Shown piece by piece: positions 9,789 to 17,979 of a DNA stretch of 64,000 bases; within the stretch, counting starts at the first letter, position 1, and every line of letters starts with the position of its first letter. Both the position numbers and the translations under genes were made by a program. The DNA comes from an uncultured delta proteobacterium (GTDB lineage Bacteria; Desulfobacterota; Binatia; HRBIN30; BPIQ01). Under the pieces are notes generated by a model. That model did no database searches. It saw nothing but the letters and a program-made list of their open reading frames with translations, and was not told where the DNA came from. The stretch is from the NCBI GenBank assembly GCA_963761335.1, contig CAVXGR010000009.1:1-64000 (forward strand). Reading direction: 5' to 3'.

Positions 9789-11309
9789 ATGCTGATTCTC
9801 GATCTCCTCGCCGAGCGCGTGCGGCGCCGCGGCGATCACCCGTTCATCCGGCATGCGGGCCGCGCCGTCTCCTATGCCGAGTTCGATGGCGACACCAACC
9901 GCGCCGCGCATGCACTGCAAGGACTGGGCGTCCACCAGGGCGACCGCGTGACCCTGGCCGCGGGGAACTCGGTCGAGTATCTGGTCGCCGCCTTTGGCGC
10001 CCTCAAGGCCGGCGCCATCTACAATCCGGTAAACCCCACCCTCGGATCGCGAGAGCTGAGCTACATCCTGTCGCACGCCGAGCCGCGCGTAATCATCACC
10101 GATGCGGACAACGCCAAGCACCTCTTCGCGCCCGGAGTCTCTCTGCCGCAAGCGGCGATGGTGGCGGTCATCGGCGAGGGCGGCGAGCTGCCGGCGCGCG
10201 CCGCCCGCTTCGATCCGCTGCTGGCGGCGGCGAGCAGTGACGCCCCGGGCGTATCGCTCGGCGCCGCGGATCCCTCCACCCTGCTCTACACCTCAGGTAC
10301 TACCGGCAATCCCAAAGGGGTGCTCTTCCATCACCACAGCACCGGCGCCGCCGGCAAGCATTTTCTCGACATTCTCGGCATCGGCCCGGCGGACACCATC
10401 CTGGCGGTGACCCCGCTCTTCCACGGCAACGCCTGGGGCGCCGTGGTCACGGCGCTGCAGGCGGGAGGTACCGTCGCCTTCCCCAAGGCCTTCCGCGGCT
10501 CCGAGTTCTGGCCGTTGGTGCACTCTTCCGGCGCCACCGTGCTCTACACGCTGGGCACGATCCTGGCGATCCTCTTGACCCATGAGCCATCCGAGCAGGA
10601 GCGCAGCAGCGGACTGCGCGTCATCCTCGGCCTCGGCAGCGCCCCGATTCGCGAGCAGATCATCCGCCGCTTCGGCGTCGCGGACGTCGCCGAGTGCTTC
10701 GGCTCGACGGACGCCGGCGTGGTCACCATCACTCCACTCGGCGCCGCCCCGCGGCCCGGATCCGCGGGACCTCCGGTGCCCGGGGTGACCATCCGCATCG
10801 TCGACGACGCCGGCACCGAGGTGAAGACGGGCGACATCGGCGAGATCACCATTCGCTCGCCGCACCGCATGGCCGAGTACTTCCGCGATCCGCAACAGAC
10901 GGCGGAGACGCTGCGCGGAGAGTGGTTCTTCACCGGCGATCTCGGCTACCTCGACGCCGACGGCTGGCTGTACTTCGTCGATCGCAAGAAGGACGTCATC
11001 CGCCGAGGCGGTGAGAACATGTCCTCGGTGCTGATCGAGAAGACCCTGCGCGAGCATCCGCTGGTATCCGAGGTCGCCGTCATCGGCGTCCCCGACCCGG
11101 TGCTCGGCCAGGAGGTGAAGGCCTTCGTCGTCGCCAAGGGGCCGGTGACCGAGGAAGAGCTGCGCGCCTTCGCCGCCGAGCGCCTGGCCCGCTTCCAGGT
11201 CCCTCGCCTCTGGGAGTTCCGCGACTCGCTCCCGAAAACGCCTACCCAGCGCGTCGAGAAGTACAAGCTCCGCAAGCAGCACGACAGCGGCAAGCCACTA
11301 CTCGGATGA
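9789..11309 (+). CDS. acyl-CoA synthetase / AMP-binding ligase (CaiC-like)
   Basis: LLYTSGTTGNPKGV, FTGDLG, DRKKDVIRRGGEN, LPKTPTQRVEK. Confidence 0.95.
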   Translation: MLILDLLAERVRRRGDHPFIRHAGRAVSYAEFDGDTNRAAHALQGLGVHQGDRVTLAAGNSVEYLVAAFGALKAGAIYNPVNPTLGSRELSYILSHAEPRVIITDADNAKHLFAPGVSLPQAAMVAVIGEGGELPARAARFDPLLAAASSDAPGVSLGAADPSTLLYTSGTTGNPKGVLFHHHSTGAAGKHFLDILGIGPADTILAVTPLFHGNAWGAVVTALQAGGTVAFPKAFRGSEFWPLVHSSGATVLYTLGTILAILLTHEPSEQERSSGLRVILGLGSAPIREQIIRRFGVADVAECFGSTDAGVVTITPLGAAPRPGSAGPPVPGVTIRIVDDAGTEVKTGDIGEITIRSPHRMAEYFRDPQQTAETLRGEWFFTGDLGYLDADGWLYFVDRKKDVIRRGGENMSSVLIEKTLREHPLVSEVAVIGVPDPVLGQEVKAFVVAKGPVTEEELRAFAAERLARFQVPRLWEFRDSLPKTPTQRVEKYKLRKQHDSGKPLLG

Positions 11310-11350
11310 GAAAAGAGCAGGTTGTTGGGTGTTGGGTTGTTGGTTGTTAG
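11310..11350 (+). repeat. 41-bp GTT-rich short-tandem repeat arm; perfect inverted copy at 13189-13229
   Basis: gaaaagagcaggttgttgggtgttgggttgttggttgttag is the exact reverse complement of 13189-13229. Confidence 0.85.
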
Positions 11351-11370
11351 CCCTGATCCGAAAAAATAGT

Positions 11371-11521
11371 GAACCGCAGAGACGCGGAGACGCAGAGTGG
11401 GTGCAGAGAAGGACTCAAAAGGGTTTGATTCCGTCCGCCACCAGAATGGTGCTTTCGAGATGCATCCCGCAACGCCCAAGCACACCCTGATTTCTCTGCG
11501 CTCTCCGCGCCTCTGCGGTTC
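11371..11521. repeat. CGCAGAG 9-mer-type palindromic repeat element
   Basis: gaaccgcagagacgcggagacgcagag ... ctctgcgctctccgcgcctctgcggttc; same family as 37594-37854. Confidence 0.8.
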
Positions 11522-11646
11522 GTCCGTATTTTCGGATTGGGGTTGGGTGTCAATGTCGGGTGGTCGGCATCGGGTGTTGGGAGTCGGGTTGGGGGTGGGT
11601 TCTGTGCCCCTGAAAGGGGCGTGGGGATTTTGCCCCGGGTGTGGCC

Positions 11647-11765
11647 AGGCTGTCTCAAAACCTCGGCAATATGATTCCGCCGGCCAGCGGGCCAAGGTAG
11701 AAGCGGCGTCTCGCCGCTTCGGAAAGCGCCGGGACGGCGCTTCTACTTTGGTTTTGAGACAGCCT
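11647..11765. mobile_element. 119-bp MITE with perfect 16-bp TIRs carrying a GTAG-REPIN
   Basis: AGGCTGTCTCAAAACC (11647-11662) / GGTTTTGAGACAGCCT (11750-11765); contains a GTAG...CTAC doublet at 11697-11746 and sits inside a CCCCGGGT...ACCCGGGG hairpin. Confidence 0.7.
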
Positions 11766-11941
11766 CTCGCCAACCCGGGGAAGACCAGATGCCCCCCACG
11801 ACCCGCCCCGTCAGGGGCGCGGGCGCGTGTCCCGGCGCTGGCGTGTAGCCCCGGGTACCGACCGGGAAAGACTCGGCAAGAATTACAGGAGCCGGTCGAG
11901 GTTTGCGGCGGTGCCGGTGGACTCGCGGCAGCTTTCGCGAA

Positions 11942-11957
11942 TGGCTCGGTTATTGCG
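11942..11957 (+). promoter_or_regulatory. sigma-54 (-24/-12) promoter candidate
   Basis: TGGCTCGGTTATTGCG matches TGGCACGNNNNTTGC with one mismatch, ~65 nt upstream of the BON gene. Confidence 0.5.
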
Positions 11958-12023
11958 ACCAAGCACCGCGGAACCGGCCGCTCGACCTTTTCGCGCGGCC
12001 TCAACTTCGCGAGGCACGGCAAA

Positions 12024-12353
12024 ATGAAACGCGCGGCATTCATACTGGCGGTATCCATGACTCTCTTGAGCGCCTGCTACCAAAAAGGCGATGAGCTCGG
12101 GGGCGTTTCCACCGCCTCTGCCGAGAGCTCGGCGGCCGACAAGCTGACGACGGAGAGGATTCGCCGCATCATTCTGGCTGACAACTCGCTCTCGGTACCG
12201 GCGCAGCAGACGCAGGTCAGCACCGTCGACGGCACGGTGACCCTGAGCGGCATGGTGAAAACGGAGCAGGAGCGCCGGAGCCTCGACGCAAAGGCGCAGC
12301 TGATCGTCGGGCGCCACAATGTCAACGACGAGCTGCAGGTCGCCGCGCCGTGA
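12024..12353 (+). CDS. BON-domain lipoprotein (OsmY-like)
   Basis: MKRAAFILAVSMTLLSAC lipobox; BON signature VSTVDGTVTLSGMV...VNDELQV. The upstream extension in the ORF track runs through repeats. Confidence 0.85.
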   Translation: MKRAAFILAVSMTLLSACYQKGDELGGVSTASAESSAADKLTTERIRRIILADNSLSVPAQQTQVSTVDGTVTLSGMVKTEQERRSLDAKAQLIVGRHNVNDELQVAAP

Positions 12354-12433
12354 TCGGTTGCATCGGAGCGCACCTTCGCTATGGTTCTGCCATCTGGATT
12401 GGGCACAGAATACGACCAGAGGAGGACCTCTAG

Positions 12434-13135
12434 ATGTTCGCACGCACTCTGAAATACGGCACAGTCCTGGCGCTCACCGTCTCGTTGATGAGCTGCGCTG
12501 CCGTCGAGCGGAACCCGCGCGCCGCCAAGGGAACGGCAGTCGGTGCCCTCGGCGGCGCGGCCGCGGGATCGGCCATCGGCGCCATCGTCGGCGGCGGTAG
12601 CGGAGCGGGCAAGGGCGCCGCGATCGGCGCCGTCGTCGGGGCTCTCGGCGGCGGCCTGATCGGCAGCTACATGGACAAGCAGGCGTCCGAGATGCAGCAG
12701 GTTCTCTCCGAGCAGGATCGCCTGCGGCGCGAGCAGCAGACTCTCAACGTGGTCCTGGCCAGCGATGTCCTCTTCGAGTCGGGCAAGGCCGTCCTGCAGC
12801 CGGGCGCAATCAACAAGCTGCGACAGCTGGCCAGCGTCATGAATCGCTATCCGGACACGACCATACAGGTCATCGGCTACACCGACAGCCGCGGCTCCGA
12901 GGCGTCCAACCTGGAGCTGTCGCGCCGCCGCGCCCAGGCGGTCGCCGATGTCCTCGCCTCCAGCGGCGTGGCGCAGCCGCGCATCACCACCCTCGGCATG
13001 GGCGAGAGCAATCCGGTCGCCAGCAACGACACCATGACCGGACGCGCCCAGAATCGCCGCGTCGAGATCAACGTCAACCCGACCAACGCCGCCGGGGCCA
13101 ATGCGCCGCAGGGCGGCTACGAAGAGCCCCGGTGA
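12434..13135 (+). CDS. OmpA-family lipoprotein with glycine zipper (YiaD-like)
   Basis: Lipobox LMSC, Gly-zipper, GYTDSRGSEASNLELSRRRA, NRRVEI. Confidence 0.93.
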   Translation: MFARTLKYGTVLALTVSLMSCAAVERNPRAAKGTAVGALGGAAAGSAIGAIVGGGSGAGKGAAIGAVVGALGGGLIGSYMDKQASEMQQVLSEQDRLRREQQTLNVVLASDVLFESGKAVLQPGAINKLRQLASVMNRYPDTTIQVIGYTDSRGSEASNLELSRRRAQAVADVLASSGVAQPRITTLGMGESNPVASNDTMTGRAQNRRVEINVNPTNAAGANAPQGGYEEPR

Positions 13136-13140
13136 AGAGA

Positions 13141-13229
13141 GGTTGTGAGGTTGTTGGTTGTGAGGTTCAGACTGATGGGTTGAGGCTACTAACAACCAAC
13201 AACCCAACACCCAACAACCTGCTCTTTTC
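13141..13229. repeat. GTT/AAC short-tandem palindromic repeat
   Basis: ggttgtgaggttgttggttgtgagg ... ctaacaaccaacaacccaacacccaacaacc between convergent genes; similar unit at 24203-24285. Confidence 0.8.
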
Positions 13230-14190
13230 AGCGGCGGGACGGCAGTACCAGATCCCAGATCGGCTCGGAGCGCAGGATGGCGCGCACGATGCGTCGCCCG
13301 CGGCGGGCGCGCCTGGCCTCGGCAGCGGTGAGCTGCGGGGCGACGCCGTTCCAGTCGACGGCGTCGATGCGCTCCAGCATGCGGCGCTCAACGCAGCCTT
13401 CGAGAGAGAACACGTAAACCTCGCGGCTGTGCGCCGCGGCGGCGAGCAGATCCTCTTCCAACCGCTCCCACGAAAGCAGCCGCGCCACCTCTTCCGGTCG
13501 GCCCGCGTTGACGCCGCCGCCGGTCACGCCGAGGGCGATACAGGGGGCGTCCTCGAAATAGGCGCGCGAGCCGCTGCGGCCGAGATAGCTGGCGTACAGC
13601 ATGTAGACCTCGGCGTCGGCAGGAACGTCGACCAGGCCGAAGCTGCGGCGCAGCAGCGCACTTCCCGCGCGGCGCTCGTCGAGGATGTGGGGAAAGTGGT
13701 AGGTCTCCACCGAGCGGCCGCCGGCGCGGATCTCTTCGACGAGCTGCCGATAGGCGTCCTCCGCACCCTCGACGGCCTGCCGCGAGCGCCGGCGGCGAAA
13801 CAGTGTCCACAGGCCCTGGCGCGGGTTGCGCATCAGCATGTCGGCGTCGGCGCGTGGAAACTCGATGTCGAGCCCGATGCGCTGCAGCCGCAGGCCCTCG
13901 CGCTCGGCCCAGGCGCGCGTCTCGTGAAAGCGGGCCCGCGCCGCTGTGGGATTGTCGGCGTTCAGCCAGTACCCCTGGGCGACGTCGAGCAGCAGCCAGG
14001 CGGTCACCGCGACTCCCCGGCTCTCCAGATCGCGAACCACGGCGGCGCGTTCGACAGTCAGGTCGATCAAGCCCATCGACACGGAGTGACCTCCCCGTTC
14101 GAGAAACCGGGCGACTTCGGCATCGGCAAACAGCGCGCCGAGCGCCGGCGTCGGCAGCTCGACGAAGAAGGTCAGGCGCGGGCGCGGCAT
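13228..14190 (-). CDS. hypothetical protein (possible TIM-barrel/hydrolase-like)
   Basis: Long ORF with genome-typical codon use, start MPRPRLTFFVEL; GLDIEFP motif; no confident family. Confidence 0.7.
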   Translation of the reverse strand: MPRPRLTFFVELPTPALGALFADAEVARFLERGGHSVSMGLIDLTVERAAVVRDLESRGVAVTAWLLLDVAQGYWLNADNPTAARARFHETRAWAEREGLRLQRIGLDIEFPRADADMLMRNPRQGLWTLFRRRRSRQAVEGAEDAYRQLVEEIRAGGRSVETYHFPHILDERRAGSALLRRSFGLVDVPADAEVYMLYASYLGRSGSRAYFEDAPCIALGVTGGGVNAGRPEEVARLLSWERLEEDLLAAAAHSREVYVFSLEGCVERRMLERIDAVDWNGVAPQLTAAEARRARRGRRIVRAILRSEPIWDLVLPSRR

Positions 14191-14242
14191 GGTGAGCGGA
14201 GATGAAATCACAGAGGCGATACCGACGCCAAGAGGTGTAGCC

Positions 14243-14756
14243 GGGGACAGTGCATCATTAGCCTTGCGGCTCACCAGCAGACGATGAAAATGAGGGTGTG
14301 GATCTGCACCGGCAAGAGACTTGGCGGTTCTCGCCCGGGCGAAGGTCGCCCCGGAGGGGCGGTGGCGTCTAGCCCCGGGTGAAACCCGGGGAAGAATGCG
14401 CGTTCCGTCGTACGCGCCCCGCCAGGGGCGCGGGCAGGTTTTCGTCGATGTCGCGCCTCTACATGCCCGCGCCCCTCCGGGGCGCTGATCTGGGCCAATC
14501 GCAACGCGGTCCCCGGGTTGACACCCGGGGCTACATGCCTGCGCCCCTCCGGGGCGCGGATCTGGGCCAATCGGAACGCGGTCCCCGGGTTAACACCCGG
14601 GGCTACATGCCTGCGCCCCTCCGGGGCGATAAGCCTCCACGCCAAGCGCCGGTGCGCTCCGCCAGACCTTCACCCAACAGATTTTCGAAGCAGGCTACTT
14701 TTGCCCTCGAACCAACACGAGAATCACGATCTCGTCCGCAAAGTTGCCTGCTCCCC
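14243..14756 (-). mobile_element. ~420-bp repeat-targeting element, copy A, within a GGGGACAGG hairpin
   Basis: Reverse complement of copies B/E/F; has an internal 72-bp tandem duplication (14459-14602). Confidence 0.85.
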
Positions 14757-14809
14757 ACCTGGCACCGCACCCTTGCCTTACCGCTGTCGGGCGTGCGAGA
14801 CGGTGGTGC

Positions 14810-16360
14810 GTGGCTCTATCGTCGGCTTCGGATCTGGGCGCGCTCCTGCACCATCTGCGCGGCGAGTACGGCGGGCGGCTCGCCGCCGGCGATAAGACGG
14901 AAGACCTGAGCTTCAGTGCCCTGGACGTGGCTGCGGATCGCTGGGCGGCTGCCCTGCAGGAAAGCGGTTACGGGCCCGGCCGCCATGTCGGCCTGCTCGC
15001 AGGCAACAGCCCGACGTGGCTCGCCGTTGCCTTCGGCGCCTGGCGCGCCGGCGCCACCCTGGTGCCGATCTCCACCTTCGCCACAGCGCGCGAGCTCGGC
15101 GAGATCCTGGTGCACGCCGACGTCGACCTGCTCGTCCTCCAGCCCCGCCTGCGCTCCAACGATCATCTGGAGCACCTCCATCAGATCCTGCCACTGCCGA
15201 GGCTAAAGCAGGTCGTCACGCTCGCACCGCAGGCATCGCCGCCGGCGTCAGCGGCCGGCGACTTTCTCGGCGCCGCGCGGCGACCGCAAGCCGACCGCAT
15301 CGATCCGAAATCGACGGCATGCGTCCTCTACACTTCCGGCACGACCGGCCGCCCCAAGGGAGTCATGCTCAGCCACGCGGCGATGCTGGCCACCGCCCTG
15401 CCGACCGCGGAGCGCTCCGGCCTGACAGCGGCGGACAAGCTGCTCTCGACGCTGCCGCTCTTCTGGGTGGCCGGCCTGGCGATCCGGGCGCTGCCGACCC
15501 TGGTCGCCGGCTGCGCCCTGCTGCTCATGGAGAGCTTCGCCGCCGAGTCGGCCATTGCCATCCTCGAGCGCCGCCGGCCAACGGCGCTGCACCTGCGGCC
15601 GCCGCAGGTCGGCCAGATCCTCTCGCATCCGCGTTTCCAGCCGTCCCTGCTGGCGCAGGTGCGCAAGGGAAACGGACGCGCCGAATGGTACGGCTCTCGG
15701 CTCGCAGAGGATCCCCGCTTCATCACCGGCTACGGCATGACGGAGATGGCCGGCTACGTCACTGCGCTCGACTGGCGCGACTCGGCAGAGGCGCGGCGGA
15801 ATCAATTCGGCAGGACTCTCCCCGGAGTCGAGATTCGCATCGCCGACGACCACGGCTCGCCCCGTGCCGGCGGTGACATCGGCGAGATCCGCGTGCGCGG
15901 TCCGGGAATGTTCAGCGGCTATTACAAGGAGCCGCCGCGCACCGGTCTCGACGAAGACGGTTGGTTCCGCACCGGCGACCTCGGCAAGCTCGACAGTGCC
16001 GGAAGGCTGCACTTCGTCGGACGCAGCAAGGACCTCCTGCGCGTCAAGGGGATCAACGTTTCTCCTCTCGAGGTCGAAGGCGTGCTCGCCGGCCATCCGG
16101 CGGTTGAAGCCGCTTATGTGGTGGGCCTGCCGCACTCCAGCACCGATCAGGAGCTCGCGGCGCTGATCGTCGCCCGCGGTCCGCAGCGACCGGCCGAAGA
16201 GGAGCTGCGCCTTCTCGCCGCCGAGACACTGTCGCACTACAAGCGGCCGGTGCACTATCTCTTCATCGAGCGCAGCGAGGTCCCGCTCGGCGGCACCTCG
16301 AAGCCGCAACGCGCAGCGCTCGCCGCCATCGCCGCCTCCCGCCTGCAGGCGCTGCGGTGA
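14810..16360 (+). CDS. class I adenylate-forming enzyme (acyl-CoA ligase)
   Basis: VLYTSGTTGRPKGV, GYGMTE, FRTGDLG, PLGGTSK; start uncertain. Confidence 0.9.
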   Translation: MALSSASDLGALLHHLRGEYGGRLAAGDKTEDLSFSALDVAADRWAAALQESGYGPGRHVGLLAGNSPTWLAVAFGAWRAGATLVPISTFATARELGEILVHADVDLLVLQPRLRSNDHLEHLHQILPLPRLKQVVTLAPQASPPASAAGDFLGAARRPQADRIDPKSTACVLYTSGTTGRPKGVMLSHAAMLATALPTAERSGLTAADKLLSTLPLFWVAGLAIRALPTLVAGCALLLMESFAAESAIAILERRRPTALHLRPPQVGQILSHPRFQPSLLAQVRKGNGRAEWYGSRLAEDPRFITGYGMTEMAGYVTALDWRDSAEARRNQFGRTLPGVEIRIADDHGSPRAGGDIGEIRVRGPGMFSGYYKEPPRTGLDEDGWFRTGDLGKLDSAGRLHFVGRSKDLLRVKGINVSPLEVEGVLAGHPAVEAAYVVGLPHSSTDQELAALIVARGPQRPAEEELRLLAAETLSHYKRPVHYLFIERSEVPLGGTSKPQRAALAAIAASRLQALR

Positions 16361-16411
16361 ATGCGGGAGAAGGGACCGGCGCAGTCGCGCCTGCCCCCTC
16401 GACCCGATATA

Positions 16412-16849
16412 GTGAAGCGCGTGAACCTGCGATCGCTCTTGATTCCTGCCATCCTGCTCGCCGCCGCATCTTCTCTCGGACCTCAGGCGAGGGCCGCCGA
16501 GAAGGCCTCCAGCACGCATCCGCTGGAGCTCTCCGTCAGCGTGCCGCGGCACGCCCGCGCCGGGCTCGAGGTGCAGATCTCGATCCGCTACCGCAACATC
16601 GACGGCGGAGCCACGATTCACGCGACCTTGTCGCCGCCTCTGGCGGTGGAGCAGGTCATCCCCGATGCCAAGGTTCGTTTCGGCGGCGAGCTGGTGTGGA
16701 GGGATCTTCGCCCGCCGAGCGGCTCGGTCAAGATCAAGGCGCGCATCCGCAGCGACGCACGGCCCGGCTCGGAGCTGATCGTCGGTGCCTTTCTCATCGA
16801 CCGCGCCGGCAACACGGCGACCGACGAGGGGATCATCACCATCCGCTGA
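16412..16849 (+). CDS. secreted hypothetical protein (Ig-like beta-rich)
   Basis: Signal peptide ...LLIPAILLAAASSLGPQARA; beta-rich mature part. Confidence 0.6.
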   Translation: MKRVNLRSLLIPAILLAAASSLGPQARAAEKASSTHPLELSVSVPRHARAGLEVQISIRYRNIDGGATIHATLSPPLAVEQVIPDAKVRFGGELVWRDLRPPSGSVKIKARIRSDARPGSELIVGAFLIDRAGNTATDEGIITIR

Positions 16850-16862
16850 GCGGCTGCGGCTG

Positions 16863-17972
16863 ATGCCCGAACCACAGCCGCACATCGTCTGCTACGTCTC
16901 CGGTCACGGCTTCGGTCACGCGGTGCGGACGATGGAAGTGCTGCGCGCCCTCTGGCGCGTGCAGCCCGACGTGGAGGTTCACATCCGCACGCCGCTTCCC
17001 CGCTGGATCTTCGACTTCACTCTCGACGGACCGTTCACTCTCACCGACTGCCGTCTCGACGTCGGTGCCGTGCAGGCGGACAGTCTCTCCGTCGACGTCG
17101 AGGCCACCTTGCGCGCCTACGCGCAGATCGACGCGGAGCGCCAGAAACAGCTCGATGCCGAGGTCGAGGCAATCGGCTCCCTGCGGCCGGCGCTGCTGCT
17201 CGCCGACATTCCGGCCCTCGCCTTCGACATCGCCACCCGCCTGGGGATTCCCGGAATCGGCATGGCGAACTTCTCCTGGGACTGGATCTACGCCGACTAC
17301 GTGCGCGACTTCCCGCAGTACGCCGATCTGGTCGCCAGCCTGAGCGCCTCTTACCGGCGCTGCGATCTGCTGCTGCGCCTGCCGATGCACGGCGAGCTCT
17401 CGGCCTTCCCGCGCATCTGCGACATTCCCCTGGTGGCGCGCCGGGCGCGCCTCGCGAGCGACGAGGTGCGGCGGCGCCTGAGTCTCGGCGACGGCAAGCG
17501 GCTGGTGCTGCTCTCCTTCGGCGGCCTCGGCGCCGATCTGCAGACCGCGCCGCAGGCCCCCGCCAGCGTGACTTTCCTGTCGACACAGGCCGCTGCCGAA
17601 CGGTTCGCGCCGCTGCCTTCGATGCGCATGCTCACCAACGACGAGCTGTCGCGGGCCGCGGTCCGCTACGAAGACCTGGTCGGTGCCTGCGACGCGGTGA
17701 TCACCAAGCCCGGCTACGGCATCGTCGCCGAGTGCATCGCCAACGGCACGTCGATGGTCTACACCTCACGCGGTCGCTTCGCCGAGTACCCGCTTCTGGT
17801 GCAGGGCATCTGCGAGCACCTGGCGAATGCGTTCATCTCCAACGACGACCTCTACGGCGGCCACTGGAACGCAGCCCTGGAGGAGGTGCTGTCGCAAGAA
17901 CGGAGGGCGCCGGCAGTGGATTGCAGCGGCGCAACCGCCGCGGCAGAGCAGCTTCTCCGGCACCTGGGGTGA
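16863..17972 (+). CDS. GT-B glycosyltransferase-like protein (resembles the N-terminal domain of L-arabinokinase)
   Basis: YVSGHGFGHAVR, NFSWDWIY, LLSFGGLG, KPGYGIVAEC, RGRFAEYP. Confidence 0.8.
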   Translation: MPEPQPHIVCYVSGHGFGHAVRTMEVLRALWRVQPDVEVHIRTPLPRWIFDFTLDGPFTLTDCRLDVGAVQADSLSVDVEATLRAYAQIDAERQKQLDAEVEAIGSLRPALLLADIPALAFDIATRLGIPGIGMANFSWDWIYADYVRDFPQYADLVASLSASYRRCDLLLRLPMHGELSAFPRICDIPLVARRARLASDEVRRRLSLGDGKRLVLLSFGGLGADLQTAPQAPASVTFLSTQAAAERFAPLPSMRMLTNDELSRAAVRYEDLVGACDAVITKPGYGIVAECIANGTSMVYTSRGRFAEYPLLVQGICEHLANAFISNDDLYGGHWNAALEEVLSQERRAPAVDCSGATAAAEQLLRHLG

Positions 17973-17979
17973 GGACGTT

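Noticed and set aside
11540..11600. G-quadruplex-like G-run tract
   Set aside because: Part of a low-complexity GGGT(T) repeat cluster; no evidence of function.
14760..14776. TGGCAC...TTGC sigma-54-like motif
   Set aside because: GG-GC spacing is 12 rather than the required 10.
14271..14909. ORFs over repeat copies (APEGRRHVAPG, RGYMPAPLRG peptides) and N-terminal extensions of neighbouring genes
   Set aside because: Frames and stops are not conserved between copies; they are translations of palindromic repeats.
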